A DNA stretch of 59,535 nucleotides, filler included, from Nitrospinae bacterium RIFCSPLOWO2_12_FULL_45_22 (GCA_001803565.1; 6 parts of 6 records of this genome joined end to end with filler, not necessarily neighbours in it); one strand, 5' to 3'. Positions 20,079 through 30,717 are shown, counted from the first letter of the whole stretch. The notes: generated by a model not told the origin, from the sequence alone. Numbers and translations: made by a program.

Positions 20079-20996
20079 ATGACAGACAGACTAAAAGACA
20101 AAGTAGCAGTTGTCACGGGAGCGGGCAATGGCATTGGGCGGGCCATCGCCCTGGCCATAGCGGCTGAGGGGGCAAAGGTGGTAGTCAACGATCTGGGCTG
20201 CTCCACGACGGGCGAGGGAGCATCGAGCGGGCCGGCTGACCAGGTAGCTGAGGAAATCCGTCGGGCCGGGGGGACGGCTGTAGCCAACTATGACAGCGTG
20301 GCCACCATGGCTGGTGGGCAGGCCATCGTCCAGACAGCCATCAACCAGTTCGGCCGTATTGATATCCTGGCCAATGTAGCCGGCAACGACCGTGGCCGGA
20401 TGGTCTTCAACCTCACCGAGGAGGAGTGGGACATAGTGATCGCCGTTCACCTTAAGGGGACCTTCATTACCACCAAATTTGCCTCCCAGCTTATGCGCCA
20501 GCAGAAGAGTGGCCGTATCATCAACTGCACCTCAGCAGCGGGTCTTATCGGAGAACCGGGCCACTCCAACTACTGCGCTGCCAAGGCAGGTATCGCTGGC
20601 TTCACGCGGGCCGTGGCACGGGAGCTGGGCCGATACGGGATTACAGTGAATGCCTTTATGCCCGGGGCGGCCACTCGCATGGCAGGTCTAGTTACCGAGG
20701 AGATATGGAAAAAGCGGGTGGAGGAAGGGACAGCCCTGCCGGGTATTAGCTGGCCCCTACCACCTCCGGAGGACGTGGCCCCCGTGGTAGCTTACCTGGC
20801 CACCGACGAGGCCGCCCATATCAACGGCCAGATCATCGGGGTTATCGGCCCGCGGGTCTTCCTCTACAACCATCCGACAGAAGTCAAGACGATCTATAAG
20901 AAGGAGGGACGGTGGACAGTGGAGGATCTGATCGAGCTGGTACCCCTAACGCTAGGCCAGGGTTTGGTCAACCCGGCCCCCCCGAAGACCCAGTAG
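20079..20996 (+). CDS. SDR-family oxidoreductase (3-hydroxyacyl-CoA dehydrogenase/MFE-2-like)
   Basis: TGAGNGIG, VNDLG, NYCAAK (YxxxK). Confidence 0.9.
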   Translation: MTDRLKDKVAVVTGAGNGIGRAIALAIAAEGAKVVVNDLGCSTTGEGASSGPADQVAEEIRRAGGTAVANYDSVATMAGGQAIVQTAINQFGRIDILANVAGNDRGRMVFNLTEEEWDIVIAVHLKGTFITTKFASQLMRQQKSGRIINCTSAAGLIGEPGHSNYCAAKAGIAGFTRAVARELGRYGITVNAFMPGAATRMAGLVTEEIWKKRVEEGTALPGISWPLPPPEDVAPVVAYLATDEAAHINGQIIGVIGPRVFLYNHPTEVKTIYKKEGRWTVEDLIELVPLTLGQGLVNPAPPKTQ

Positions 20997-21195
20997 GCAG
21001 CCTATTATTTTCCAAGTTGGAGTTTCCCCAAAAATTTCTAAAACCAGGTATCATCCTTTTCAAAATTTCACCGCATAGATGCGGCCCAGGGCATCACTGG
21101 CAATTTCAATTCTGGCACGCCCCTCTCCCAGATTGTCCAGCATATCCAGCAACGGGTAGCAGAGAGTAGAAAGGAAAAAAGATAAGGAGGGCATT

Positions 21196-22344
21196 ATGCA
21201 GTTAGGAATGACAGATGAGCAGAAGCTGTTGCAGCAGACGGTTCGGCGGGCCGCGCAGGAGAAGATGGCCCCGCTGGTTGCCGAGATTGATCGGAAAGAT
21301 CATGAATATTATGATACTATCCGCAATTTTGTCCAGGAACTGGGCTTACTGTCTCTGATTATCCCTAAGGAGTGTGGTGGCCCCGGTGGAAACCTCACTA
21401 CCGCTTGCATTGTCGTGGAAGAATTAGGTAAAGTGATCCCGGCTGCCGCGGCTATTCTGGGCGGACATTACCTGGCGATAGATTGTATAGAAGCCGGGGC
21501 TAAGGAGGATATACGGAGCCGGTATCTGACCCAGTTTGCTACGGGCAAGTATCTGGCTGCGATCTGCCTCACAGAGCCCGAAGCCGGTTCTGATGCTGCC
21601 GCTATAAAGACCAGGGCAGTGAGACAAGGGGACAATTATGTCTTAAATGGCCGCAAATGCTTCATTACCAGTGGTGGCATGGCGGATATCCTGTCGGTAT
21701 TTGCTGTTACCAACCCAGGTAAAGGGGCCAAAGGCGTCTCTCTCTTTATCGTTGAGAGGGATACTCCAGGTATCTCTACCGGCAAGATCGAGGATAAGAT
21801 GGGTATGCGGGGCACCCAGACCGCAGAAGTGATCTTTGAGGATGCCATTGTGCCAGCCCAAAACCTGGTCGGCGAAGAAAACAAAGGATTTGTTATGGCC
21901 CTGGATGGTTTTGATAAATCCCGGCCTCTGGTTGGGGCCTTGAGTGTGGGCTTAGCCCAGGCTGCGCTGGATCAGGCAGTAGAGTATGCCAAGGTACGGG
22001 TAACTTTTGGTAAACCCATTGCCCAGCACCAGGCGATCCGCTTCATGATCGCAGATATGGCTATGCAGGTTGAGGCAGCCCGCGCCCTGGTCTATAAGAC
22101 CGCTGCTATGGCCGACTCAGGCCATAAAGCAGAGCTGAGAAAATTCGCCTCTATGTCCAAATGTTTTGGGTCAGATGTAGCCATGAGGGTCACCACCGAT
22201 GTAGTACAGATATTTGGTGGTTATGGCTATATGCGGGATTATCCGGTAGAGCGGATGATGCGGGATGCCAAGCTCACCCAGATATTTGACGGCACCAACC
22301 AGATCCATCGGATGGTAATTGCCTCCAGCATCTTCCACGATTAG
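21196..22344 (+). CDS. Acyl-CoA dehydrogenase
   Basis: LTEPEAGSD, NGRKCFIT, KMGMRG, GGYGY, RDAK..IFDGT. Confidence 0.93.
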   Translation: MQLGMTDEQKLLQQTVRRAAQEKMAPLVAEIDRKDHEYYDTIRNFVQELGLLSLIIPKECGGPGGNLTTACIVVEELGKVIPAAAAILGGHYLAIDCIEAGAKEDIRSRYLTQFATGKYLAAICLTEPEAGSDAAAIKTRAVRQGDNYVLNGRKCFITSGGMADILSVFAVTNPGKGAKGVSLFIVERDTPGISTGKIEDKMGMRGTQTAEVIFEDAIVPAQNLVGEENKGFVMALDGFDKSRPLVGALSVGLAQAALDQAVEYAKVRVTFGKPIAQHQAIRFMIADMAMQVEAARALVYKTAAMADSGHKAELRKFASMSKCFGSDVAMRVTTDVVQIFGGYGYMRDYPVERMMRDAKLTQIFDGTNQIHRMVIASSIFHD

Positions 22345-22387
22345 ATATGTAGTGGCAGAGCTTGCTCTGCAAATAGGAGAGGGAGCA

Positions 22388-23296
22388 ATGGACGAGTTAT
22401 TCCTTACCCCAGAGCATTTACGTTTCAAGGAAGAAGTAAGGGCCTTTGCCCAAAAAGAGATTGCACCGAGGGCAGTTGAGTTGGACCGGGCTGGCCCCAA
22501 GAGCTTCCCCTATGAGCTTATGAGGCGCTTAGGTGAGAAAGGACTCCTGGGTATCACTTACCCGAAGGAGTATGGCGGGTTGGGGAGAGATTTTACCAGC
22601 TACGTAGTAGCCATGGAAGAGGTGACCCTGGCCTATGAGGCCTTAGGACCGAACTGCCAGGGCCACCTGGTAGGACTACTGCCCATCTATTTGCGGGGTA
22701 CCAAGGAACAAAAGGAAAAATATTTGCGCCCCGGGGTAAAAGGGGAAAAATTATCTGCCTTTGCCCTGGTAGAACCCCAGGCCGGTTCAGATGCTGCCTC
22801 TATCCAGAGCCATATAGTGAAAGCTGAAAGTACCTATATCCTCAATGGCAAGAAGGCCTTTATCTCCAATGCCGGCGCCGCGGAGATATATGTGGTCATT
22901 GCCCGTACCAAAGGCACCCAGCGACACCAGGGGGTACATGCCTTTATTGTCGAGAAAGGGACTCCGGGATTTACTATCGGCAATATTGATGAGTACCTTG
23001 GTATGTATGGCCATATCACCGGTGAATTGCTCTTTGAAGACTGTCGCATTCCCAGCGACAACCTCTTAGGAGATGAAGGAGATGGTTTTAAGATCGCTAT
23101 GGAGACGCTGGATAGGGGCCGGGTAGGCGAGTGTGCCCAGGCCCTCTCGATTGCCCAGAATTCCTTGCAAGAGGCCATAAGGTTTGCCAGGGAGCGGGAA
23201 CAGTTCGGCAAGAAGATTGCCGAGTTCCAGGCTATCCAATTCATGCTGGCAGATATGGCCATGAATATTGATGCCGGCAGACTCCTGGTCTATAGG
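22388..23296 (+). CDS. Acyl-CoA dehydrogenase (3' truncated by contig end)
   Basis: LVEPQAGSD, NGKKAFIS, REQFGKKIAEFQ; ATG 22388 after GGAGAGGGAG. Confidence 0.9.
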
Positions 23297-23398
23297 NNNN
23301 NNNNNNNNNNNNNNNNNNNNNNNNNNNNNNNNNNNNNNNNTTAATTAATTAANNNNNNNNNNNNNNNNNNNNNNNNNNNNNNNNNNNNNNNNNNNNTC

Positions 23399-23500
23399 CC
23401 CATTACTCAAGTTTATGCCGATGAGATAGGGGCTGATGCATACGGCCGGGATGCCCTCGATGCCTTAGAGAAAGCCCATAAGCTTATCAATAACCACTAA
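23399..23500 (+). CDS. C-terminal fragment of a cobalamin-binding corrinoid protein (MtaC/MtbC-like)
   Basis: Translates as PITQVYADEIGADAYGRDALDALEKAHKLINNH*; IGAD motif; not in the ORF track. Confidence 0.75.
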   Translation, partial: PITQVYADEIGADAYGRDALDALEKAHKLINNH

Positions 23501-23580
23501 CCAATCACTGATAACTAGATTGTAAAGGGTTATTAAGATCTATCCCTTCGGTCGAGATGACATGCTAATTAAGAAACGTT

Positions 23581-24558
23581 CTAGATATGGAATTCTATAA
23601 TGTCTCCCTCTTGAAGGATATAATCTCTATGGACCATTTGACCGGCATATTTATCTTTACCCCATATCCTGGCAAATTTTAATCTTTCAGCAAAATCTTT
23701 ATGGATAGATTGGCCCACATCAACTACATTACTTCCTTTCTTCATTGCCAGCGGTTCATTGTAGTTTGCCTCTTTACCCGGGGCCCTGGTATATACCCGG
23801 ACAATATCCAGTGCGTTATATATTTGATTTTTTAGCTCCTCCAGGTTAATGCCTTTCTCAGCAGAAACAGGAACGATAGAATATCTTTCCCCATATAATT
23901 CCTGCAGGACGGTTAAGTTTTCCTGGCTCCCTGGTAGATCAGCCTTGTTAGCCACTATTAAGGTCTTTTTATAGCTTGCTCCTCCTTGCGTACCTTTTCC
24001 TTCCAATTCTATCCTTGCTTCCCTCAGTATTTCTTTAACCGTCTCTATCTGTTCCAGAAGGTCTTCTGCGCTTAGGTCTATAACAAGTAATGTCAGATCA
24101 GCCTGCTTAATGATACCTGGCAGCCATGATTCCATATATTCTCTAGATATAGGGGGGAGGTCTACCAGTTGGATCTGAACATTCTCATACTCTATCATAC
24201 CCGGAAGAGGGGTGCGGGTGGTGAAGGGATAATCGGCTACCAAGGGATTGGCCTTGGTCAGCCGACTTAGTAGCATTGATTTGCCAACATTAGGCGGCCC
24301 TATCAGGACTACCTGGCCTATCCCTTCCCGCTTCAGATGCCCAGGGCCACTTTTTCTGCTAGTGGCCTTTTTCTTTTGTAACTCTGCCCTTAGCTTTGAT
24401 AGCCTTTTCTTTAAATCGGCCTGGAGTTTCTCGGTGCCTTTATGCTTTGGCATAATAGCCAGCATTTCTTCCAGGCTGGCTATTTTATCGGGAGTGGTCT
24501 TGGCCTCGCGGTACCGCCTTTCAGCCTCCAAATATTGCGGTGGTAAATTTGCTGGCAT
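23581..24558 (-). CDS. OBG/DRG-like GTPase with TGS domain
   Basis: MPANLPP, PKHKGT, GPPNVGKS, YPFTT, NKAD, C-terminal TGS domain. Confidence 0.9.
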   Translation of the reverse strand: MPANLPPQYLEAERRYREAKTTPDKIASLEEMLAIMPKHKGTEKLQADLKKRLSKLRAELQKKKATSRKSGPGHLKREGIGQVVLIGPPNVGKSMLLSRLTKANPLVADYPFTTRTPLPGMIEYENVQIQLVDLPPISREYMESWLPGIIKQADLTLLVIDLSAEDLLEQIETVKEILREARIELEGKGTQGGASYKKTLIVANKADLPGSQENLTVLQELYGERYSIVPVSAEKGINLEELKNQIYNALDIVRVYTRAPGKEANYNEPLAMKKGSNVVDVGQSIHKDFAERLKFARIWGKDKYAGQMVHRDYILQEGDIIEFHI

Positions 24559-24580
24559 ATATTCCCACATCCCTAATTGG

Positions 24581-25534
24581 CTATAACATATCCAACGGGC
24601 TTTGTACCTCCATCCCGCCTTTCTTGATCACATGGGTATAGATCATGGTACTGGACAGGTCCTTATGGCCGAGCAATTCCTGTACCGTCCTGATGTCATA
24701 CCCTGCCTCCAGCAAGTGGGTGGCAAAACTGTGTCGAAACGTATGGGGGCTGACCGGCTTTGATAAACCGGCTGTCCGGGCACCATTATGGACCGCTCTT
24801 TGCAGCCCACTCTCATTAATATGATGCCGGCGCATCTTGCCGCTGCGGGGGTCCCTTGATATTCGCTCCGATGGGAAGACATATTGCCAGCCCCATTCTT
24901 TTGCTGCGTTAGGATATTTCCTTTCCCGCGCAAAAGGTAGATAGACTTCTCCCAGGCCATTTCGGAGGTCCTGTTCATGTAGTATCTTGATCCGGGCAAG
25001 ATGTTCCAAGAGAAAGGGTTTCAATTGCTCAGGGAGCGGCGTTGAACGATCTTTCATCCCTTTTCCATCATGCACGATCACGTGATTTCGTTCGAATTCG
25101 ATATCCTTGACTCGTAAACGAACGCACCCCATGAGCCGTAGCCCGCAACCATAAATAAGCTTTGCCATCAACCCATAGGTTGATGGTATAGCTGCCAGTA
25201 CCCGGCTGACTTCTGTCTTGGTCATCACCGTCGGTAACCTCTCCGGCCTCTTGGCGCTCTCCATATGGCCGAAGTCACCCAGCTCGATTTCAAGCACATG
25301 CTTATAGAGAAAGACAATGGCATTGAGGGCCTGGTTTTGCGTGCTGGCCGCAACCTTCTGCTCCGTTGCCAGGTGGGAAATATACTGCGAAATCTCCTTT
25401 TCCCCCATATATTGCGGGTGGCGCTTATTATGGTAGATGACAAATCGTTTTACCCATTCAACATAGGCATGTTCAGTACGAATCGAGTAATGTTTTTTGC
25501 GGATTACATCCCGGACTTGATCAAGCAGATTCAT
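24581..25534 (-). CDS. intI: Integron integrase (tyrosine recombinase)
   Basis: HYSIRTE N-terminus; catalytic GLR, K, HTFRH, LGH, TMIY; integron-specific patch [25 protein letters not shown] end. Confidence 0.96.
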   Translation of the reverse strand: MNLLDQVRDVIRKKHYSIRTEHAYVEWVKRFVIYHNKRHPQYMGEKEISQYISHLATEQKVAASTQNQALNAIVFLYKHVLEIELGDFGHMESAKRPERLPTVMTKTEVSRVLAAIPSTYGLMAKLIYGCGLRLMGCVRLRVKDIEFERNHVIVHDGKGMKDRSTPLPEQLKPFLLEHLARIKILHEQDLRNGLGEVYLPFARERKYPNAAKEWGWQYVFPSERISRDPRSGKMRRHHINESGLQRAVHNGARTAGLSKPVSPHTFRHSFATHLLEAGYDIRTVQELLGHKDLSSTMIYTHVIKKGGMEVQSPLDML

Positions 25535-25778
25535 ATACCAGGCTCCTTTCAGTATTTTGAGGTTTCAATATTATATCTTTCCCCTGTATTATAGCTAACT
25601 TAGGAAAAATAACAAAAAAATTAGTATTGTACTAATATAAAACTGCTGATAGAGAATATAGCCCAAAATTTTATATTATTTTCAGCATTACCTTTCCCCA
25701 TATGACAATTATCCTTTACCAAATATTTTATCTATGTGATAATGAATACAGCATATTTTTTGTCACAGTAATATATCT

Positions 25779-25810
25779 CTGCAGATAGACAATATAATTA
25801 AAGGTTAGTG
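25779..25810 (+). promoter_or_regulatory. attI recombination site (core GTTAGTG at 25804-25810)
   Basis: Lies between the divergent intI and the first cassette; core is the exact complement of CACTAAC in attC1; ctgcagatagacaatata is repeated upstream at 25643-25660. Confidence 0.8.
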
Positions 25811-25827
25811 TCCGAACGGAAATCACC

Positions 25828-26802
25828 ATGTTTGATGATGAGAAATTTGACAAATATGAGTATAAGAACATACCTCTAAATCGAGATTGTTATCTCGTTG
25901 ATGAAAAATACGCCGCAGAGTATGAATCTATGTATATAGGGGTCTTTCAAGGTCAAGACTGGAAACCTATTGGATATGTGAGCTTTATTGCTGTAAGGGC
26001 GGTACATGAAAAATCGATTGAACTGTCGTGGTACCCGAATACCTATGATCGTTTTCATGAGATGTGTATCTTTTTGCCAAAAAGCAAAATCAATCAATGT
26101 ATTGGATGCTGGCAGTGGGAATGGAAACCTACTATATTTGTTGAATCTAACTGGCTAAATGATCTCCACGCAAAAGCCTTTTCGGTTTTCGGTATAGTGG
26201 ACGCTGTCGGAGTAAGGAAAGCAATACAAGATGAACTACTTTCAAGAGAGAAATTGCTGGAACTAAGATTCAAAATCGACCACCTATCTTCAAAATATCT
26301 AGACATCTCATTCATTTCATTTGCCGATAGTATCTTGATCAAGAGCAATTGGACAGTTGGTTCAGTACACAATGATCTATCTTACACATATCGGCCAGAG
26401 GCTTTTATTGAGGTCGCACAACAATTCCAGATAATTTTTCGTGAAACCCTTGGTTTGGACTGCTATACGATATTGACCCAAGGGTATAACGAATATTACG
26501 ATGATGATCTGCTACATATTTCGGAAACGAAAAATCATATTTCGCTCAATAGCCTCGGCGTTCCATTCGCTCAGCTCCTGTCAATCGAAAAATCAGTTCG
26601 GGAAGCAATAAAAAACGGTATTCATCCACCCTCTGAACTCTATCTCGATCAGACATTTTATCATTCTCTTCATCTACGGCATGACTACAATAAAAATAAT
26701 CGTCCTAAAGCAGCATATAAACCTATCATGTCAGAAAAACCAGCTCACTATTTTTACGCAGATTTGCAGACAATTGTAAATAATCTTAAAGGGGAGGAAT
26801 AA
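25828..26802 (+). CDS. Integron cassette 1: unknown protein with a probable class III nucleotidyl-cyclase-like C-terminal domain
   Basis: Bounded by attI and attC1; motifs VFGIVDAVG (D125), FISFADSIL (D167), TILTQG, LGVPFAQLLSIEK, LYLD. Confidence 0.7.
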   Translation: MFDDEKFDKYEYKNIPLNRDCYLVDEKYAAEYESMYIGVFQGQDWKPIGYVSFIAVRAVHEKSIELSWYPNTYDRFHEMCIFLPKSKINQCIGCWQWEWKPTIFVESNWLNDLHAKAFSVFGIVDAVGVRKAIQDELLSREKLLELRFKIDHLSSKYLDISFISFADSILIKSNWTVGSVHNDLSYTYRPEAFIEVAQQFQIIFRETLGLDCYTILTQGYNEYYDDDLLHISETKNHISLNSLGVPFAQLLSIEKSVREAIKNGIHPPSELYLDQTFYHSLHLRHDYNKNNRPKAAYKPIMSEKPAHYFYADLQTIVNNLKGEE

Positions 26803-26820
26803 GCACCAAATTAGTTAAAA

Positions 26821-26880
26821 CACTAACCCTGGGTTCAAGGCGGACCCAAACTACCGGGCCGCTTAACCCAATCGTTATGC
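26821..26880 (+). repeat. attC site 1
   Basis: CACTAAC...GTTATGC; arms GGGTT(C)AAG(G)CGG(A)CCC vs GGGCCGCTTAACCC with extrahelical bases; 60 bp. Confidence 0.92.
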
Positions 26881-26901
26881 ACGCCCATAAAAAATTTCCG
26901 C

Positions 26902-26930
26902 TTGACATATTACGTGTAACGTAATATCAT
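26902..26930 (+). promoter_or_regulatory. higBA promoter with overlapping autoregulatory operator
   Basis: TTGACA-17 bp-TATCAT; perfect inverted repeat ATATTACG-N5-CGTAATAT at 26907-26927. Confidence 0.85.
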
Positions 26931-26936
26931 CCATGT

Positions 26937-27215
26937 ATGATAAAATCATTTGCCTGCCGAGATACTGAAAAATTGTTTAACGATAAACGAGTTCGCCGTT
27001 TTCAATCTTTTGAACGGCAGGCAAGAAAAAGGCTTATGGTTCTTCATGCTGCTCCAAGCCTTAAAGCACTGATGCTGAATCCAGGTAATAGATTTCATGC
27101 CCTAATGGGAGATCGAAAAGGACAATATGCCATAAGCATTAATAAGCAATGGCGTGTTTGTTTTGGGTGGCATGAAGGCAATTCATATAATGTACAAATA
27201 ACCGATTATCACTGA
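26937..27215 (+). CDS. higB: HigB (RelE/ParE-family) toxin, integron cassette 2
   Basis: MIKSF, PGNRFHAL.GDRKGQYAISINKQWR, DYH end. Confidence 0.93.
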   Translation: MIKSFACRDTEKLFNDKRVRRFQSFERQARKRLMVLHAAPSLKALMLNPGNRFHALMGDRKGQYAISINKQWRVCFGWHEGNSYNVQITDYH

Positions 27216-27221
27216 GGTGCC

Positions 27222-27560
27222 ATGATGAGTACGAAAAAATTTCTTGATCCAATTACTCCGGGTGAAATACTGCGTGAGGACTTCATGGAGCCATTGGGCA
27301 TCACTATCAATCAGCTTTCTCGGGATCTGGCTGTGCCGCCGAATAGAATAAGTGAAATTGTTAACGGTAAACGAGCCATCACGGCTGATACGGCTTTAAG
27401 ATTACAGCGCTATTTTGGAGTTGAAGCTCAATTTTGGCTCAATTTGCAGTCTGAATATGATCTAAGAATCGTGAGGCGAAAGATTTGGAATGAGCTTGAA
27501 CAACGAATTATTCCAGTACAAAATCCGAAGGCAGAACTTGTTCATAAGGATATTGCATAA
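27222..27560 (+). CDS. higA: HigA antitoxin (HTH), integron cassette 2
   Basis: PGEILREDF, RISEIVNGKRAITADTALRL, FWLNLQ; stop codon lies in the attC2 inverse core. Confidence 0.93.
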   Translation: MMSTKKFLDPITPGEILREDFMEPLGITINQLSRDLAVPPNRISEIVNGKRAITADTALRLQRYFGVEAQFWLNLQSEYDLRIVRRKIWNELEQRIIPVQNPKAELVHKDIA

Positions 27561-27612
27561 CCTTGCTCTTTCAGCCGATAGCTAACCGCTACGGCTGAAG
27601 AGCCTGTTGGGC
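27555..27612 (+). repeat. attC site 2
   Basis: GCATAAC (complement of the cassette-start GTTATGC)...GTTGGGC; arms GCTC(T)TTCAGCCG(A)TAGC vs GCTACGGCTGAAGAGC; 58 bp. Confidence 0.92.
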
Positions 27613-27855
27613 CGCTTGCCACAATTTGTAGTGGCCCGCAAACTCGCAATCACCGCGCAAATAGAGCGAAGAGTGCGGGGTAGCTTAACCGTCTGATATA
27701 GCGCTTGACGATGTAATAGCGGCTCAACATCCAAAGAGAAAATACTCGGTTCCATCTTTTCTGGGTGCGGCGGAGGCGGTCACTAGAGCAACCGCCTCCT
27801 TGCGTTAATTGACCAAGAGATCACAACAGGGGATTCCAGGAAGGAGATATTCGTC

Positions 27856-29812
27856 ATGGACCACAGCCCAACCCATTCAACCATCAATCGCATTGCCTTT
27901 ATCGGCAACTACCTGCCGCGCCAGTGCGGCATCGCTACGTTCACCACCGACTTGTGCGAAGCCATCGCGACCGAATACGGTGACACAACGTGCATCGCCC
28001 TGCCCGTCAACGACGTCGAGCCCGGCTACGCCTATCCGGCCCGCGTTCGATTTGAACTGACAGAGAAGGACATCGACTCTTATCGCCGCGCCGCCGACTT
28101 TCTGAATATCAACAACGTCGACCTCGTGTGCCTGCAATTCGAATATGGCATCTTCGGTGGGCGGGCAGGTAGTCATATCCTGGCCCTCTTGCGCGAATTG
28201 CGCATGCCCATCGTCACGACCCTGCATACCATTCTGCAAGACCCTGACCCCGATCAACGCCGGGTGTTGGACGAAGTCGCCGCCCTGTCCGATCGGTTGC
28301 TCGTCATGAGTGAGCGCGGCGCGGAATTCCTGCAGGAGGTCTATGGGGTGCTGCCAGAGAAGATTGATCTGATCCCGCACGGCATCCCCGATTTGCCGTT
28401 TGTGGACCCGAGTTTCCACAAAGACCTGTTTGGCGTCGAGGGCAAAATCGTCTTGCTCAGCTTTGGATTGCTCTCGGCGAACAAAGGGATCGAAAACGTC
28501 ATCGCCGCCCTGCCCACCATTTTGGCCCGCTATCCGAACGTGGTGTACATCATCCTCGGCGCGACCCATCCCCACGTCAGGCGGCTCGACGGCGAAACGT
28601 ATCGGCTGTCCCTGCAATGGATGGCCCAAGAGAAAGACGTGGAAAGTCACGTGATCTTCTACAACCGATTCGTCAGTCTGGAGGAGCTTGTTGAGTTCAT
28701 CGGCGCGGCGGACATTTACATCACGCCTTATCTGGACGCGGCGCAGACCGTCTCTGGCACACTGGCCTACACACTGGGGGCAGGCAAGGCGGTGATTTCG
28801 ACGCCGTATTGGTATGCGGAAGAGATGCTGGCCGAGGGACGGGGAGCACTGGTGCCGTTCCGTGATCCCGCGGCGTTGGCCGAGCAAGTGATAGACCTGT
28901 TGGACAACGAGGCCAAGCGCCACGCCATGCGCAAGCAAGCCTATTTGTTTGGGCGGGAGATGATCTGGCCGCAGGTGGCGCGCCGCTACATGGAGAGTTT
29001 TGAGCGCGCCCGAGCCGAACGCCGCCATTTCACGCCCCCCGGCTTCACGGTCAAAGCGCTGGACGAACGTCCGGGCGAACTGCCCCCCCTCAAACTCGAT
29101 CACTTACGCTACATGACGGACGAGACGGGCATATTGCAACACGCCATTTTCACTGTGCCCAACTATCGTGAGGGCTACACCACCGACGATAACGCCCGTG
29201 CCCTCATGGTGAGTGCCCTCCTGGAGGAACTGGGCAACGGCGAGGCCTTCGAACTGGCTTCCCGTTACCTCGCCTTCATCTGGTATGCCTTCAATACCGA
29301 GACCGGACGCTTTCGCAACTTCATGGATTACCAGCGCCACTGGCGGGAAGATCGCGGTTCCGACGACAGCCACGGCCGCACGTTGTGGGCATTGGGCACC
29401 GTGTTGGGCCGCTCTAGCACGCCAGCTCTTCCCAGTATGGCTGGCCGGTTGTTCGAGCAGGCCTTGCCCGCCATTCTCGGCACGACCAGCCCACGGGCCT
29501 GGGCCTTCGCCCTCATCGGCATCCACGAGTATCTAAGGCGGTATGCCGGTGACCGCAGGGCCAGCCAGGTCCGGGAGGAATTGGCCGGGCGGCTGGTGAC
29601 GTTGTATCAAAGCCATCGCTCGGACCAATGGCGCTGGTACGAAGAAGGGCTGACCTATTGCAACGCCGCGCTGCCTCATGCCTTGCTCATGTGTGGCCAA
29701 TCGATACCGAATAAAGCAATGGCCGAGGCCGGGCTGGAGTCGCTCAGTTGGCTGGCCGACTTGCAGCGCGCTGAAGAGGCTGGGGGTCATTTTGTCCCCA
29801 TCGGATCCAACG
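27856..29812 (+). CDS. GT4 glycosyltransferase fused to a C-terminal glycoside-hydrolase-like domain (3' truncated)
   Basis: YLPRQCGIATFT, EYGIFGG, SGTLAY, STPYWYA, then GILQHA, GYTTDDNARA; visibly GC-rich. Confidence 0.85.
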
Positions 29813-29912
29813 NNNNNNNNNNNNNNNNNNNNNNNNNNNNNNNNNNNNNNNNNNNNTTAATTAATTAANNNNNNNNNNNNNNNNNNNNNNNNNNNNNNNN
29901 NNNNNNNNNNNN

Positions 29913-30592
29913 ATAACAATAAGGGTGTATCACTGGCATTACTGGGAAAAAGTGACGAAGCGATTTCTGCATATAAAGAAGCCTTACAAAATAAAGAAGA
30001 CTTTAAGGAGGTATATAATAATCTCGGCGCCGTCTATGTCGACAAAGGGATGATTGACGATGCGATTGCCGCATACAAAAAGGCAATTGAAATCAATCCG
30101 AATTTTGGAGAGGCTTATAATAACCTCGGAGTTGCCTTCACAAAAAAAAAGAATTACGATGAAGCCATTTCCGTATTTAAAAAGGCGCTGTCTTTAAGTA
30201 AAAATCATGCAGGCGCTCATTTTAATCTGGGAGTAGTTTACTCAGAAAAAGGAATGACATCGGAAGCAATAGATGAATACAATGAAGCTTTGCGGCTGAC
30301 CCCAAACGATCTTTCATCGCTGTACAATCGAGGCGTCCTTTATATACAAAGTGGCAGGTTAAATGATGCCACAGCGGATATGAAAAAAATAATCGAGATT
30401 AATCCAAAGGTGTCTGCAGCGTATCACAAGCTGGGAACAGTCTATCAAAAGCAGGGTCAGATCAATGAGGCAATTGCCGAATATAAACGAGCATTAGAGA
30501 TAACACCTGATCTTAAAGAGGTGTTAACCAGTCTTGAGGATGCTTATCGGTTAAAAGAAAAAAAACAAAAAATCAAGGAAGCAGGGGAATAA
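29913..30592 (+). CDS. TPR-repeat protein (5' truncated)
   Basis: Repeated AYNNLG..EAI..YKKA.EINP 34-aa units; frame is open back to the contig start. Confidence 0.88.
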
Positions 30593-30717
30593 GAAAAAGA
30601 TAAGTTGTATATTCAAGGAATTTCAAAGTTATGTAATTGTAGAGCGAGATTTATTTCGCCTGAAGCGACTAAAAAGGTAATCAACAGAAATGGGCGACTT
30701 GAAAGTCGCATTACACT

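Noticed and set aside
17182-20996. Mycofactocin or PQQ cluster (rSAM plus SDR)
   Set aside because: No MftA/MftB or PqqA/PqqD visible, and the SDR looks like an ordinary acyl-CoA-pathway type.
27866-27945. GCCCAAC (complement of the cassette-3 core GTTGGGC) as a third attC
   Set aside because: Lies inside the GT4 coding start, and I find no complementary right arm or properly spaced GTT core.
27877-29103. 408-aa antisense ORF, plus other long antisense ORFs such as 46094-46930
   Set aside because: Shadow frames of well-supported genes on the opposite strand, with no motifs.
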